Origin: Vitrella brassicaformis CCMP3155
Taxonomy: Eukaryota; Protista; Chromerida
NCBI GenBank assembly: GCA_001179505.1
Contig: CDMY01000649.1
Coordinates: forward strand, 1 to 36,624
Direction of reading: 5' to 3'
Length of the DNA stretch: 36,624 bases
Of this stretch, positions 21,537-34,300 are shown one piece after another; within the stretch, counting starts at the first letter, position 1; each line of letters opens with the position of its first letter. The translations under genes were made by a program, and so were the position numbers. The notes under the pieces are model-generated. The model was not told the DNA's origin and did not search any database. It was given only the letters and a program-made list of their open reading frames with translations.

Positions 21537-24500
21537 TTACTGTAGGGGCTGCTGTTGGCTGTTGCTGCCGTCGGTCGCCGGCTGGTCATCAGTCGCTGGT
21601 GGGACCACGGGAGGCTCCCCCTCACTCACACCCACACCCACACCCGCTGCTGCTGCTGCCGATGGATGCTCCTGCAAATCACTCACCACACATGGGTTTA
21701 TGGATGTATGGATGGGATGCCATGTGTGTGAGCGTTTGTATAGGCACTTGTGGCCCAGTGCCGCTGTCCGGGGGCATCTGGGGGTCGGCCAGCTGCGGCT
21801 GTGGTGGCTGTGGCGAGGGGACACCGGCAGCCTTGGCGCGCTCCGCATCCAACGCCCTCTGAACGCATCCACCCACAAGTCAATGCATCCACAAATGAAT
21901 GACCACGGACGCAGTGGCGTGTGTCTGTGTCTGTGTATGTGTCTGTGTGTATGGTAACAATTGCTACCTACCTGTAGTTCTCTGACTTGGTCGGTGAGCA
22001 TCCTGTTCTCCGTCTGCAGCTGCTGAACCCTACACAAACAAGCAAGGCAATTGACGGATGGGGGGGATGGGCACACGCATTAAATCAGTGCATTTGTTCG
22101 TGGCTCTGTGCTGTGGTGTGCTGACTTGTTTTGTGTCATGCTGAGCTCTCCCCGCAGCCTGGCCACCTCTCCGCCAGCCATCTGGTCTCCAGGCTGACCG
22201 TGGGGCATCCCGTGCGGACCAGGACCACCTGAATGCACACGCGAATGGATGCGTCGACAAGGAGATGGATGGATGGGTGGGTGGGTGTGAGGTGTGGGTA
22301 CCTACCGTGAAATGGGCCTCCTCCTCCGCCCATGAACGGCTGGCTCATGGTGTTGAGCGCCTCTGCTGATACACACACAGACAGACAGACAGACATACGC
22401 AACGAAAGCATTCCCTACATCCAATATATCCAGGTGTCTGTCTGTATTGGTGGGGTGGGAGTGACTGACCTGCGCCGGGAACGTTGTGGATGTACGTCTC
22501 CTCGCCCTGCATCCCATACACACACACACACGATTGGATGGAAGGACACACTTGTGCGGTGTGTGCGTACCTTTTTGATCTGGACCTTCAGCCTTTTGCC
22601 CCCTGCTCAGCTCACACACAAGAGAATGAACACATTCGTGTCTGTGGTGCGGTGCGTTGGTGCTGTAAGTGCAGGGAGGGCATGGCATAGCATATATGAT
22701 GGCTCATGTGGGTTAGCTAGTACCGCAGACAGCGTACGTACCCTGCACTTGGAATCCGTTCATCCCCTGCACAGCATTCACCGCCGACACAACCTACACA
22801 CACATACACACATCCATACACACACATACACATCTATACACGCGTGCGGCTAAGTAAGGTGTCACTTCCATCCGTCCAGCCATCCCATCCATGTGTGTGA
22901 TGCGATGCGATGCATGTGTGTGTGTATGTGATACGTCAGAGAAGGAGACGAATCCGAAGCCCCGGTTGCGGCCCGTCTGCTTGTCAGTCACGATGCACGA
23001 ACTGAATAAAGGCAGCACACACGCATTCCAATGTGGCACACGTACGCTTGCAGGAAGGCATCCATCCATCCATCGCATTAACCTGATGATGTTTCCATAT
23101 TTCCTGAAGTGCGTGTTGAGGTCGTTCTCCGTCCACTCGTTGGGCACATGAAATATAAAGATGTTCGCACCTGACACACACATAGACGGATGTGTGGCTG
23201 TCTGTGCGTGTGTGTGTGTGCGCGTGTGTGTGTGTGTGCCCACCAGGCGGTCCGTGGACCTGTCCGCTAGGGGTGGTGCCCCCAATGGCGCCGTGAGACG
23301 ATGACGGCACAGAACCTTCACTCACACACATCACATACACACACGACAGACAGAAACATAGAAATGGACACTCGGACACCGACAGCCTCTGTCCGTCCCT
23401 GCGGCTGTCTGTCTGTCTGTCTGTGTGTCATTCATTTGTGTGGACGCACCAGCGCCCTGCTGCAGTGACGACGAAGGAAGGGACGCCTGCATTGCATTCG
23501 GACACATACACAGACAGACAGACAGACAGACAGACGGAACACCGGTCTGTACATATGTTTGCTGTCAGCTCAGGCCAGGGGCCAGGCCAGGCTCCCTTTC
23601 CCTGTGCTGTGTGTGTGCGTACCTCAGTCTGTCTGTCGGCACCGAGCTCAGGCGGCCGCTCCCATGTGGTGATGCCCGTCGCATTGTTCTGGTAGTACGG
23701 CCTGCAGGGGGCAATCAGATCAGATCAGATGCACACACAGACCAGACAGCGGATATCATATGATATGTGTGATCGATGTGTGTGTATGTGTGAGGGTGTG
23801 TATGTGTGAGTCTGTACCTTCCCTCTGGCGTCTGGTACTCGGTCCACAAAGGCGTCGCGGTCTGCAGCCATTCCATGCACACACACATGCCATGTGTGCA
23901 CTACTGACTGTTGTTGTGACTTTGGTTGGTGGTTGTGCGGTCGGTGAGAGTGTGACCTGACTGACTGACCCGTGCTGCTGCCGCTGCCGCTGCCGCCGCT
24001 GCTGCTGCTGCTGCTGCTTGTGGTGCCATTGCCGGTGGACCGCCCGCCGCCTAAATTGATTCAAGCATACAGACATACACACAAGGATGACGCACAGCAC
24101 AGCACACTGTGTCCGGTCGGAATCGACCCACTTTGGCCATCGCTGAGGGCATTGCAGACGCAGACGTCTGTGGACACACACACACACACATACAGACACA
24201 CACGGACAGACCCCATACCCACTACAGATGGTCGTCTCCTTGGCCAGTTCAGTTTGTGCGTGTGTGGGTATACAGCTATCCCCCCAGCCGTTGACTCACT
24301 GACCTCTTTCTCCAGTTCAGGTGGCCGCTCCCACGTCGTCACACCGGTAGCTGGATTATAAAAGTAGGGCCTGTACGGACAACACACACGCCACGCCGTC
24401 CAACCGCAATTCAATGCATTGCAATGCAATGCACACAGTTGTCATTCATGTGTTGACCCACCTGCCCTCCTGGGTGGCATACTCCTGCGGACAGGAAAGG

Positions 24501-24690
24501 TCACAAAACCATCATCCATCAAGACAGGGCGCTTTTCCTCACTGCTGGTGTGTCACCCACCCCACCCCGACCCACCTGCCACTGTGGTCTGGCCGGTACT
24601 GTGTGTGGTGGCTCCTGCTGCCCATACCCTCCACCACCGCCCGCCATACCACCACCCACCGAATTCATCTGCAGTGTACACACATTTTAT
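21537..24690 (-). CDS. WW-WW-RRM RNA-binding protein (CELF/Bruno RRM3-like RRM) with a C-terminal coiled-coil/low-complexity tail; start uncertain
   Basis: WW1 PQWQ/EYATQEGR/PYFYNPATGVTTWERPP; WW2 PLWTEYQTPEGR/PYYQNNATGITTWERPP. RRM: GANIFIFHVPNEWTENDLNTHFRKYGNII...IVTDKQTGRNRGFGFVSFSD/VVSAVNAVQGMNGFQVQG/KRLKVQIKK. Tail includes VQQLQTENRMLTDQVRELQ. Confidence 0.85.
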
Positions 24691-25159
24691 GAATGCCAAC
24701 ACACACACACACAGAGGGAGGGAGGGAGGGAGGGAGGGAGAGAGACGATGCTCGCGGTGTGCAGTGATGGCCGTGTGTGCTACAATTGTGTGTGACGGCT
24801 CACCACGCACCCCACAGGCAAGAGTCAAAAATGACGCAAAAATGGGCAGTGGCAGCTCTCAGTCAACTCATGACAAATCGATCACCTAGTGGCTGCACAC
24901 CAACACACACAGGGAAACACACACACCCAGGCAGGCACGAGTCAGTCAGCCCATTGATTGCTATGCTTCTCTCTCTTTCCGGTGCGCAGCGTGCTGCCAC
25001 GTCATCCATTGTGTGTGCTCTGCTTCTGGCTGTTCTCTCCTCTCTGTCTGTGCGCGTCAAGAGCAGCCCCTCCTCTCTGGTGGTCTGTGTGCCGCCATCG
25101 CCTGCCTCTTTGCGGCCCCAAACACGTAATGCACGAGTGAGAAGCATACCTCTTGTGTC

Positions 25160-27921
25160 AGATCTGCCACTGCGCTGTCGAAAAAACCTCCCTTCGTCGA
25201 GCGTCCCTCCCTGAGCTCGCACGCAAACCCTGCAACCCTACGAAATCGCCTCTCTCTCCTTCACCACCAGATTCCACCGCTGACAGACGCTGACGTACGT
25301 AACAGACGCCGACCGAACACATACCTGCGCGCGTATGTCTGTCTGTCTGTGTGTGTCTGTGTGCATCTGTCTGTGTGTATGCAGCAGGCAGGGATCTCAT
25401 CTTTCCCTTCTTCGTTTTGTCACTGCAGCAGTGCGCTGGTACGCACACACAAAAGACACACGGAGGGACGGACAGAGGCTGCCGGTGTGTGGGTGTTCAT
25501 TTCTGTGTGTGAGTAGAGGTTAATTCTGTGCCTCCCCGCCCGAACAACTCGCGCCAGAGCGCCGGGGGACGGCTACACCCCCACCACCAGGCACCAGAGC
25601 ACATAGCCGGCTGCGGCGGGTATGCCATTGGGTGTGGATGGCTCGGTCTGTGCGTCGATGTCTGTCTGCAGGCGCGTCTGTCGTCCCAGAGGCTCCACTC
25701 TCGGTGTGGTCGGTCAAAGAGCTGAGAAGAAGCCCCCTCAGGAGGGAAATGGCGGTGCGTCTGGAGGATGACCATCTGGTTGGCCACTGCCTGTGGAAGC
25801 GCTACGAGGGCAGGAAGTACTGGGGAATAGTCTGCTTCAAGGTAGGTCGGCATGCTGGTGGCCAATAAGCCAGGAATGACGGACGCTTCTACGCAGCACA
25901 GCGGCCGGTCAGGTGTGATGTCGTGTTGTGGTTCCTTGTTTGTTTGTGTGCAGGAGCTGGCGGGGTCTGGGTCGAAAACAGACCCATCCAAGACAGATCA
26001 ACCCAAGGTGATTATATTGAGCAGCCAGCCGTGACAGACAGACACTTCTCAGCCCTCTCACTCTCGCCACTGACTGACTGTGATGGTCTGTCGGTCTGTG
26101 TGCGTGTTTCTTTCTATCTTCCTTTATCTTTGAAGGAGACGTACTATGTCAAGTACACGGATGGAGATGTGGAGCGGATGCTGCCGCAGATTGTCAAGTA
26201 AGGAACCAACACACACAGACAAACGAACGAACAGGCCAGCCACAATATGCACAACCGGCGTGAGAGAAAGGCACCAAACAGCCATGTTTGTTGGGTGCGT
26301 TTGTTTGTTTCATCAGGCTGCAGTCTGGGTTCGGCCGCATAGAGGCGGCTGACTGGGAGGCCTCCGACGCACAAGGGGAGCTCCGGCCGCCGGCCGAGCT
26401 CAGCAGGCAAGGGCTATCTCGCAGCACCTACTCTCAGCTCATCCAGACCTTTCGCGACGTACGGGAGGAGCACGGCCTCTCCAAGACACTCGTCAGACCG
26501 AAAGATGCCCCAATCAGGTCTCGTCAGCCCCCATCCAGCGGCAAGGACGGCACCGTCCCACCAATGTCATCAAGCGGCCCAGCTGGTGAGCGTGACGATC
26601 TTGTCAATGGCAACAGCTACTACGGGCGATATGGCCCCCTTGCCAGCACACGACGCTCCAGTCGTGTGCGCGAGAGCACCAGAGCTGGAGGCCCGAGGAG
26701 GTCGCCTGTGAGGCCTGAGGACGATGAAGAAGCTGGGCCGATCGCTGAACAAGTTGATATGGATGGAGATGTCCTCATGGACGAGGAGTGGGCCGGGCAG
26801 CCGTCGTCGAATGCTGCTGCTGCTGCTGGTGGTGGAGATGGGAAGCCCCCCACCAGAAGTGCCGTCTTCAATCGCAAACAGGCTGTCGCCTCGCGTACGT
26901 CGGGGGGAGGCAGGGGCAGGTACCTACCGACATGCGGGAGTACAGGGCTGTCCTCCCTCTGTCTGTCGCAGGTTCCAAGATGGATCACGTTGAGACCTAC
27001 TTGGAGCTCTGCGCCACAATGTCAGTCAGGACAGCAGGGTCTTCGTCGTCGCGCTGTATCTCCGTCTTACTCTCCCTTCATTGCTTCGATCGTGATGTCA
27101 CTGCAATCCTTGCCTGTAGGTATCATGGTCAAGCTTACAGCAGCACTCGCGAAGCCATCCAGGCACAAATACTCCGTACGTCAGACACACACGGGCACCA
27201 TGCCACTCAGCTGGAGAGAATGCCGCAGATAGACGCCGCCTCTAGCTGTCGTGTGTTGTGTGTTGTGTGTTGCAGCCAACGAGAAGCGGCTACGAGTGTC
27301 GTCTGCGTCGGCGGCGACGAACAGTGCGACCAAGATGACGCCCTTCGACCTGCTCATCTCAAAATACAGACACAGCCACACAATAGGTAGCTGGGCACTC
27401 GTGCGACCTGAGCTTGGAAGCAGCTTCCATTTTGATCTATGTATATATGTATGTGTTATTTATTTATGTACAGATCTGTGGGGGCCCAAGGAGGTCATGA
27501 TATTTGAGGTCAGTGCGGAGTGGGCGGGGCGGGCGACAAGAGGGAGGGATGTATGTGACATCGTGCCTGCCTGCCTGCCTGCCTGCAGGGTGCGATATGT
27601 CGGTACGGCAAGGACTTCCACAAGATCGCCAAACTGGTACACACCAGAAGACGACAAGAAACCATGGCCGGCACCTTCTACTTAGGTGACACCCCTGTGT
27701 TTGTGGTGGTGTGTCAGGTCGAGACGAAGACAACAAAGGAGTGCATCGACTTTTACTACCTCTGGTGAGGCCAACCACGATGTCTCGGCACGTGCTTGCA
27801 TCGCCTCTGCACCTCACCTGTGGTCATCCATCCTGTCGTGTTTAGGAAGAAGACGTCTCGTTACAGGCATTGGAAGGACCTCCGCGACCTGTCCGACACG
27901 ATCAAGAACACCTGGGACTGA
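25160..27921 (+). CDS. Chromatin-associated protein: Tudor-like domain plus MTA/MIER/RERE-type SANT domain (possible degenerate ELM2); start uncertain
   Basis: Tudor-like: HLVGHCLWKRYEGRKYWGIVCFK.../ETYYVKYTDGDVERM. SANT spliced from four exons (27474-27921): LWGPKEVMIFE/GAICRYGKDFHKIAKL/VETKTTKECIDFYYLW/KKTSRYRHWK. Stop TGA at 27919-27921. Confidence 0.8.
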
Positions 27922-28362
27922 CTGACTGACTTGACTAGACCTTTATCAATCATGTCATATATGGATGGATGGATGAGTCTCTCTCGGCCGACCGTCGCTC
28001 TTCAGCCGCCTCACCTGCATGCCCTTGCCCATGCCCATGGTGGATCGATGGATGCGAGAGATGTAGACGCGGCTGACAGACGAGACAACGCAGAACTGCC
28101 TGCGTGTGTGTCTGGGCCGTGAAGTAGAATAATGTGATGGATAATGGATATCAACAGACAGATCAGTCGCCGGTTGCTGCTTTGCCGCTGGGCTGCCGAG
28201 TGTGGGGTAGAGATGCGGCTGCGCTTTAAGGTGGGGGCGCCCCCAGGCTCCCGAGTCTCGGAGATGCTGCAGTCTTTCTCCCTCTCAGCAGAGGACAACA
28301 TACACAGCAGCCGATAGCCCCGCCAGGCTGACAGTGCGTGCAGCGTTCATTGCAAGGGAAGG

Positions 28363-31300
28363 ATGGCACATCAGCAGCAACAACAACAACAACCATCAGA
28401 GGGCCCTGTATTTGACTATCGGTTGCCGTCGTACGACCCCAGCTTCATCTTTGCACAGAGAACCCTGCGCAAACTGCAAGTAGGTACCTACTTATGTGCG
28501 TGTCCATCTACTGCAGTCAACGATGAGCACTCGTGTGTGATGCCATGCACGTACGTTGTGTGGCTGCCAGTGCATGTTGAAGGAGGGCCTCATTGACAGC
28601 GGCGGGAGAGTCACCACACAACACGGTCTGACAGTCAGGCTTTTTTGCAATGTGTGCCTGCAGGGCAGATACATATATACACGTGGTTGTGTGTGTCGAT
28701 CCGTCTTGTCTTGTGTGCACTGGCTGCAGATGGGAGTGTGTATCGCCACCACAGCGGCACCCACCAGCGACGCCACCAGCCGAGAGACATCCTGCACTTC
28801 CCCCTCACACTCGACGCACAAGTAACCACACCACATGTACCCTCACTCGCCCCCACACACTCACTGGCAGTCGTCGGGTCTGCTTGCTATGTCTTCAGGT
28901 GGTCCCCAACAAGCGTCAGCAGCCGTCTTTCGCCCCGAACCCCTACTCGCAGCCAGTGCCGGGGTCCGTGCGCATCAACAGGTTCCTGCAGAAGGTAGAC
29001 ATCAATTGAGATGAATGGAATGACAGACAGACAGACAGACAGAGAGGGACAGACAGACACAACAGACAGACAGACAGACAGAGGCTCTTGTGATGTGAAC
29101 TCACGGCACGGCACTCATCCCCTCCCCTGCCTGCCTGCAGATGGAGAAAGAGCTTCGGAAAGAGATGGACAACACATACACCTATGCACAAAGGTGCATG
29201 GCTTAGTGGGCGGCTGGGTGGGGTGGGCGGGGACGTGGCTCGCTGGTGGGTGGCGTGGTGCGCATTTGTGTGTGTGAGTGAAATGCAGGCGCAGGAGTCC
29301 GCCCGCCACACACAGGAAAAGGAACGGCTGCACTCTCGTCACGGACACACACACAAGGTACACTACCTGCCCTTCCAAACATCCATCCCTCCATCCGCTC
29401 ACTCATTTCTGTCTGTCTGTCTGTCTGCCTGCACACCCCACCCTACCCAGCCCCTTCACCACCACCGACCCCAGTGTCGCCCCGTGTGACCACACGGGCA
29501 TCGGCAGCACCTTCCTGACCCAGATGATGGGAGCACACTACGACAGCTGCCCAAACACGCCCTACAGGGGACACCAAAGGTACCTAGCTTGTGACATGTA
29601 TGGGGGCCAACACGCATTCTGTCCACGCGTGTGTGTGTGTGTGCATACGTATACACAGGAGGGCCCCCCGTGGTCACTCTCAAGCCACCCGGCCACGGTC
29701 GGCCTGCAATCGCCCTCCTTACACACGGGCCGACAGGTGACTGACCTACCCCCCACAATAATATACACACATCACATGTGTGTGTCTCTCATCCCTTCCT
29801 TGATCGTGCCTGCCGGGCCACCCATCCCATCGATGGCATCCATCCATCAGTGTGCCGCCCTCCCGCGCCCGCCGTACGGCCAACAGGCGGAGCAAAAGCG
29901 TCGAAAACACTCCACTGGCACGTACGATACGATACGAACGGACAATGTCTGCCTGCGTCTAGTCTACACACCCACTGTTGCACTGCACGCCCTTCTGCAT
30001 GGCATGCAGTGGGTGACGATCCACACGCATCCTTCTTCCGGTCGCTGCGAGGAGCCAGGTCGCCCGACGGGAGTGTGCGGATGGACTTCTCGATGCTGAG
30101 GATTCGCAAGACGCCCAACCCCAACCCAATACTCACATGTACTCATTCATTGCCCCATCCACACACACAAGACACCCGCATCCACCGAGTCGTCCATGTC
30201 ATGTTGTGTTGTGTGTCCGTTCGTTCCTATCTAGGTGTGTCAGAGTGGCTCAGAGACACGGGAAGGAGACGCGTCTTCGTCATTGAGCGGGTGGGTGGGT
30301 GGGTGCGGACAGTACAGTCAGTACATGCATCAAATTCACTGTCTGTCTTGTGGCCACACGCCATGTGTGTTAAGTTAACCAACCATCCATCCAATTTATT
30401 CATTGGTGAATGTAGGCCAATGGTGCTCTCTATCGGCCCACTGCAGCGGACGAGAGCGACTCCGGTGCGGTGCGCACCGCATGTCATGTGTGATGGATGG
30501 ATGGATGGATGGATGATGTGGGAATAAATGTGGCTGGCTTGGCTTGGCTTCATGAAGTGAATGTGTGTGTGTATTTGATTTGTATGTATACAGGTGAGCG
30601 TCTCTTGCGGCCAAACGGCGTTGAGGAGGCAGGTATGTATGTAACTGACCACACTGGCTGGACACCGTGGATTGACACACAACTAACTACAGGCAGCGCA
30701 GCGTTCGGTTCGCTTGTGTGTGGTTATGGTATGACTGCAGTGAGGTCGACGCTTCTCTCGATGCACTGGCTGGGTACGGTCGGTACCCACGCACAGCACA
30801 CCTACAGTACACACATTAATTATACTTATTGTATGATTGATATGATGTGTGTCACTACCCCATGTGATGTGTACAGAGGCGCCGCCCTCTCAGTATCAGT
30901 CGCCCTTCTTTGACCTCAAGTGGTCCATACGGGACGACCAGTCGGAGTACAACCGCCTCATCGACGGTCAGCACACATGCATACAATGCAATGCAGCTAT
31001 ACGCTATCGACTCGACTCGACAAGGAAGGCAGCGTATACATTTCCCTGTGTCTCTGTGTGTGTGTGCGTGTGTGTGTAGGTCAGTGCTTCAATCACTTTC
31101 GTGGAAACAGGGAGCTGACGACCAAGGGGGGCCTCACGCGCACACTGCTGCGCTACTCGTCTGAGGCGCTCGTCAACACAGACACGTTCTTCCCGACATC
31201 GTACGACCTCGGTAATATATAACCACACACGTACATACCTACGCACGCNNNNNNNNNNNNNNNNNNNNNNNNNNNNNNNNNNNNNNNNNNNNNNNNNNNN

Positions 31301-34300
31301 NNNNNNNNNNNNNNNNNNNNNNNNNNNNNNNNNNNNNNNNNNNNNNNNNNNNNNNNNNNNNNNNNNNNNNNNNNNNNNNNNNNNNNNNNNNNNNNNNNNN
31401 NNNNNNNNNNNNNNNNNNNNNNNNNNNNNNNNNNNNNNNNNNNNNNNNNNNNNNNNNNNNNNNNNNNNNNNNNNNNNNNNNNNNNNNNNNNNNNNNNNNN
31501 NNNNNNNNNNNNNNNNNNNNNNNNNNNNNNNNNNNNNNNNNNNNNNNNGGGGGGGGGGGGGGGGGGTCTGGTGTCTTGTGTGCGCAGGGAATGCGATTGA
31601 CCGGCAGGATTTCCTCCACTGCTTTCGGGTGTCGGCTGCTTATGGTATGTACGCCTACACCACACACTTTCTGATGTGTGTGTGTCTCTCTCTCTCTGTG
31701 TGTGTGTGTGTGTGTGTCTCTGTGCCTGTGGGCGTGGCGAGCAGGTGTGTTGAAGCGGCATCTGTCGATCCGCGCTCTCCTCATTCGCACCTGTACGCAC
31801 AGATACGATACGTGTGTTGGTGGTGTGTGTGCATTGCATTGGTGTCTATGCATTGCATCCCATGTGTATGGACTGCCAGGCGGCAGTGTGGAGGACACGT
31901 ACGCCCACTATGCGCGGCTGGACCGACCAAAGACGCACACAAATGGTGGTGTTTGTAGTCACAGACACAGCACATATCAACAACAGAACAAAGGATAAAA
32001 TGTCTCTGTAAAGGTTCATCTGGCCAGCAACATCAGCAGGAGTGGCCGTGTGTGTACTACTGCAACCGTCGGCTGCTGCAGCTGGCATACAAGATTGTGG
32101 AACAATTCGCAGCTGAAGTGGACCCAAATGAACTCAGAGAAGTACACACACACACACAGACACACACACACACTCATCATCAAAGACGCCCGTTGCGTCT
32201 CTGTGTGTGTTTGGGGACAAATGGATAGTCGGCCGATGTGTTTCTGACCGACACCGAGTGGATGGCCCTCCTGCACTACGCACAAGTGAGCAGGCAGAGA
32301 AGCCCATCAAGCCAAGCCCATCACATCTATGTCCCTCCCTGTGTGTGTCAATCACTACCTGCAGTGTCTGCAGGACGACCTCTACAGAGAGGAGTCGCCC
32401 TACGCACAGCCGCCATTCGTCAGATACATACGCGAACGGGTGAGGCTATCCTATTTTCACCGACTCATGCATGCTGCATCCAATTACCCTTTCTCTTACC
32501 TTTTCCCGCTTTCCAGGGGGTGCCCGATGCCGATTGGGGCCCTCCCACACACGGTCAGAAAGCAGTGGGGGTGTTGTGCCGTTCTCTGTACATGAATGAA
32601 TGAGTGTTGTATTCTTTTCGTGTGTGTGTCCCTCCCTTCATGAGCAGCTTTCGATGTCTCTGTTGAGCGTCTGATGGACGATCTGGCGGAGCGGTGGCCG
32701 CAGATGGGCTTACACGGATCCATGTGCACCATCTGGATCCTCAAACCATCGTCCTGCTCCAAGGCCTCGGGGGTGCAGTGTCTCAGCGACCATGCCGAGA
32801 TATGCAAGGCGGGATCGCAGCTGTCCAACCGAATCATACAAAAGTACACGCACATGCTCGACATGCGCATAGAATCTCATCACAGCATCTCTCTCTCTCT
32901 CTTTCTCTCTCTCTCTGTGTGTGTGTGTGTGTGTGTGTAGGTATATTGAGCGGCCTTTGTTGGTGGCGAGTGGGCGAAAATTCGACGTGCGACAGTGGGT
33001 ACGATCCGTGCATGACATCTGACATCCACACAGACAGACAGACAGACAGAAAACTCTCTGCTCGCGTGTGTCAATGGCTTTCTTTGTTTCTTTGTTTCTT
33101 TCCCAGGTGTTGGTCTCGTCCATCAGCCCACTCACCATCTACATGTGCGTTGCGTACCTAAAGACATACACACATCCCTGACTGCAAATCAAATGAGGCC
33201 GTCCGATGGATGATCATTTGTGTGTGTTGTCTGTGTGTCTTACTTACATTCACTCACTGCAATGCATTGCAGGCACACTCAGCCGTATCTTCGCTTGTGC
33301 AACTTGCCGTTCGATTTGGGGGACCTCAAAAACAGACAGAAACACATATCCAACTGGGAGGTAAGTTCAGTAGGTGGGGTGGGCAAGGCAAAGCAGACAC
33401 ACTGTCTGGCACGGCACGTCGTCTTGTGTGTACTGCACACACAGGTCAACCGTGGCGGCTCGTATGTCTGCGAGGGCGCCGTCAAACCACTGTACGTTCC
33501 GTATACACCCACCCGGGGACACGAAGATGTGTGTGCGTGTGACTGGTCATTGTCCGTTGGTTGATGCGATGCAGGTCTGCGCTGATCGACGAGCTGCCGA
33601 AGGGTGCGTGGGAAGGCCGTTTGCTGCCGCAAATACGATACATCATACTACACGTGAGCTGAGCACGTCAGCCTAGCCTCCACTCGTCCGTACAGATCGG
33701 ATCATCTCTCATGTGCGTGCTGTGCCGACACATTAATGGCACGGATGGATGCAGACCATTCTCGCCGCGACACATTCGCTGACTGGCCGGGAAAAATCTT
33801 TTGAGCTCTATGGTAATTAAACCATAAATGCATGGGCATCCTCTCTCCTAAAATGGAGCATTGTTGTGCACATGCGTGCAGGTTTTGACATTTTGATCGA
33901 CGAGGATCTGCACCCCTGGCTGCTGGAGGTCAACCTCTCCCCCGCGTGCTCCCCGCGGACGGCATGGCTGAAGGAAATGTGCACTCACATGGCCAGAGGC
34001 ATGATTGACATCGCATTACACGTACACACAGACAAACGCACACAGATGTCTAGACAGGGATGGTGCACCTTACGCACAAGTCTGTGCGTGCAGGGTCGGT
34101 GCGAAGGTGGGTCTCCATGGCAGCTCATATTGGATGAAGACCCCACAGGCATGCCATGCACAGCACTCCTGTCTGTCTGCACGCCATGTGCAGTGCATGT
34201 GTGTGGGTAATGTATGTATGGCATGTACGTATGTGTAGATGAGTGGGAGCAGCCCAAGATGTGCGTGCCGGGCAGCGATGAGACATACACACACAAGTGA

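Noticed and set aside
30466-30481. Perfect 16-bp palindrome TGCGGTGCGCACCGCA
   Set aside because: It lies in an intron and is built from the common GGTGC simple repeat; no independent evidence of function beyond the general structured-intron pattern.
31549-31566. 18-nt poly-G as a G-quadruplex element
   Set aside because: It abuts a gap, so its length is unreliable; it probably caused the sequencing dropout.
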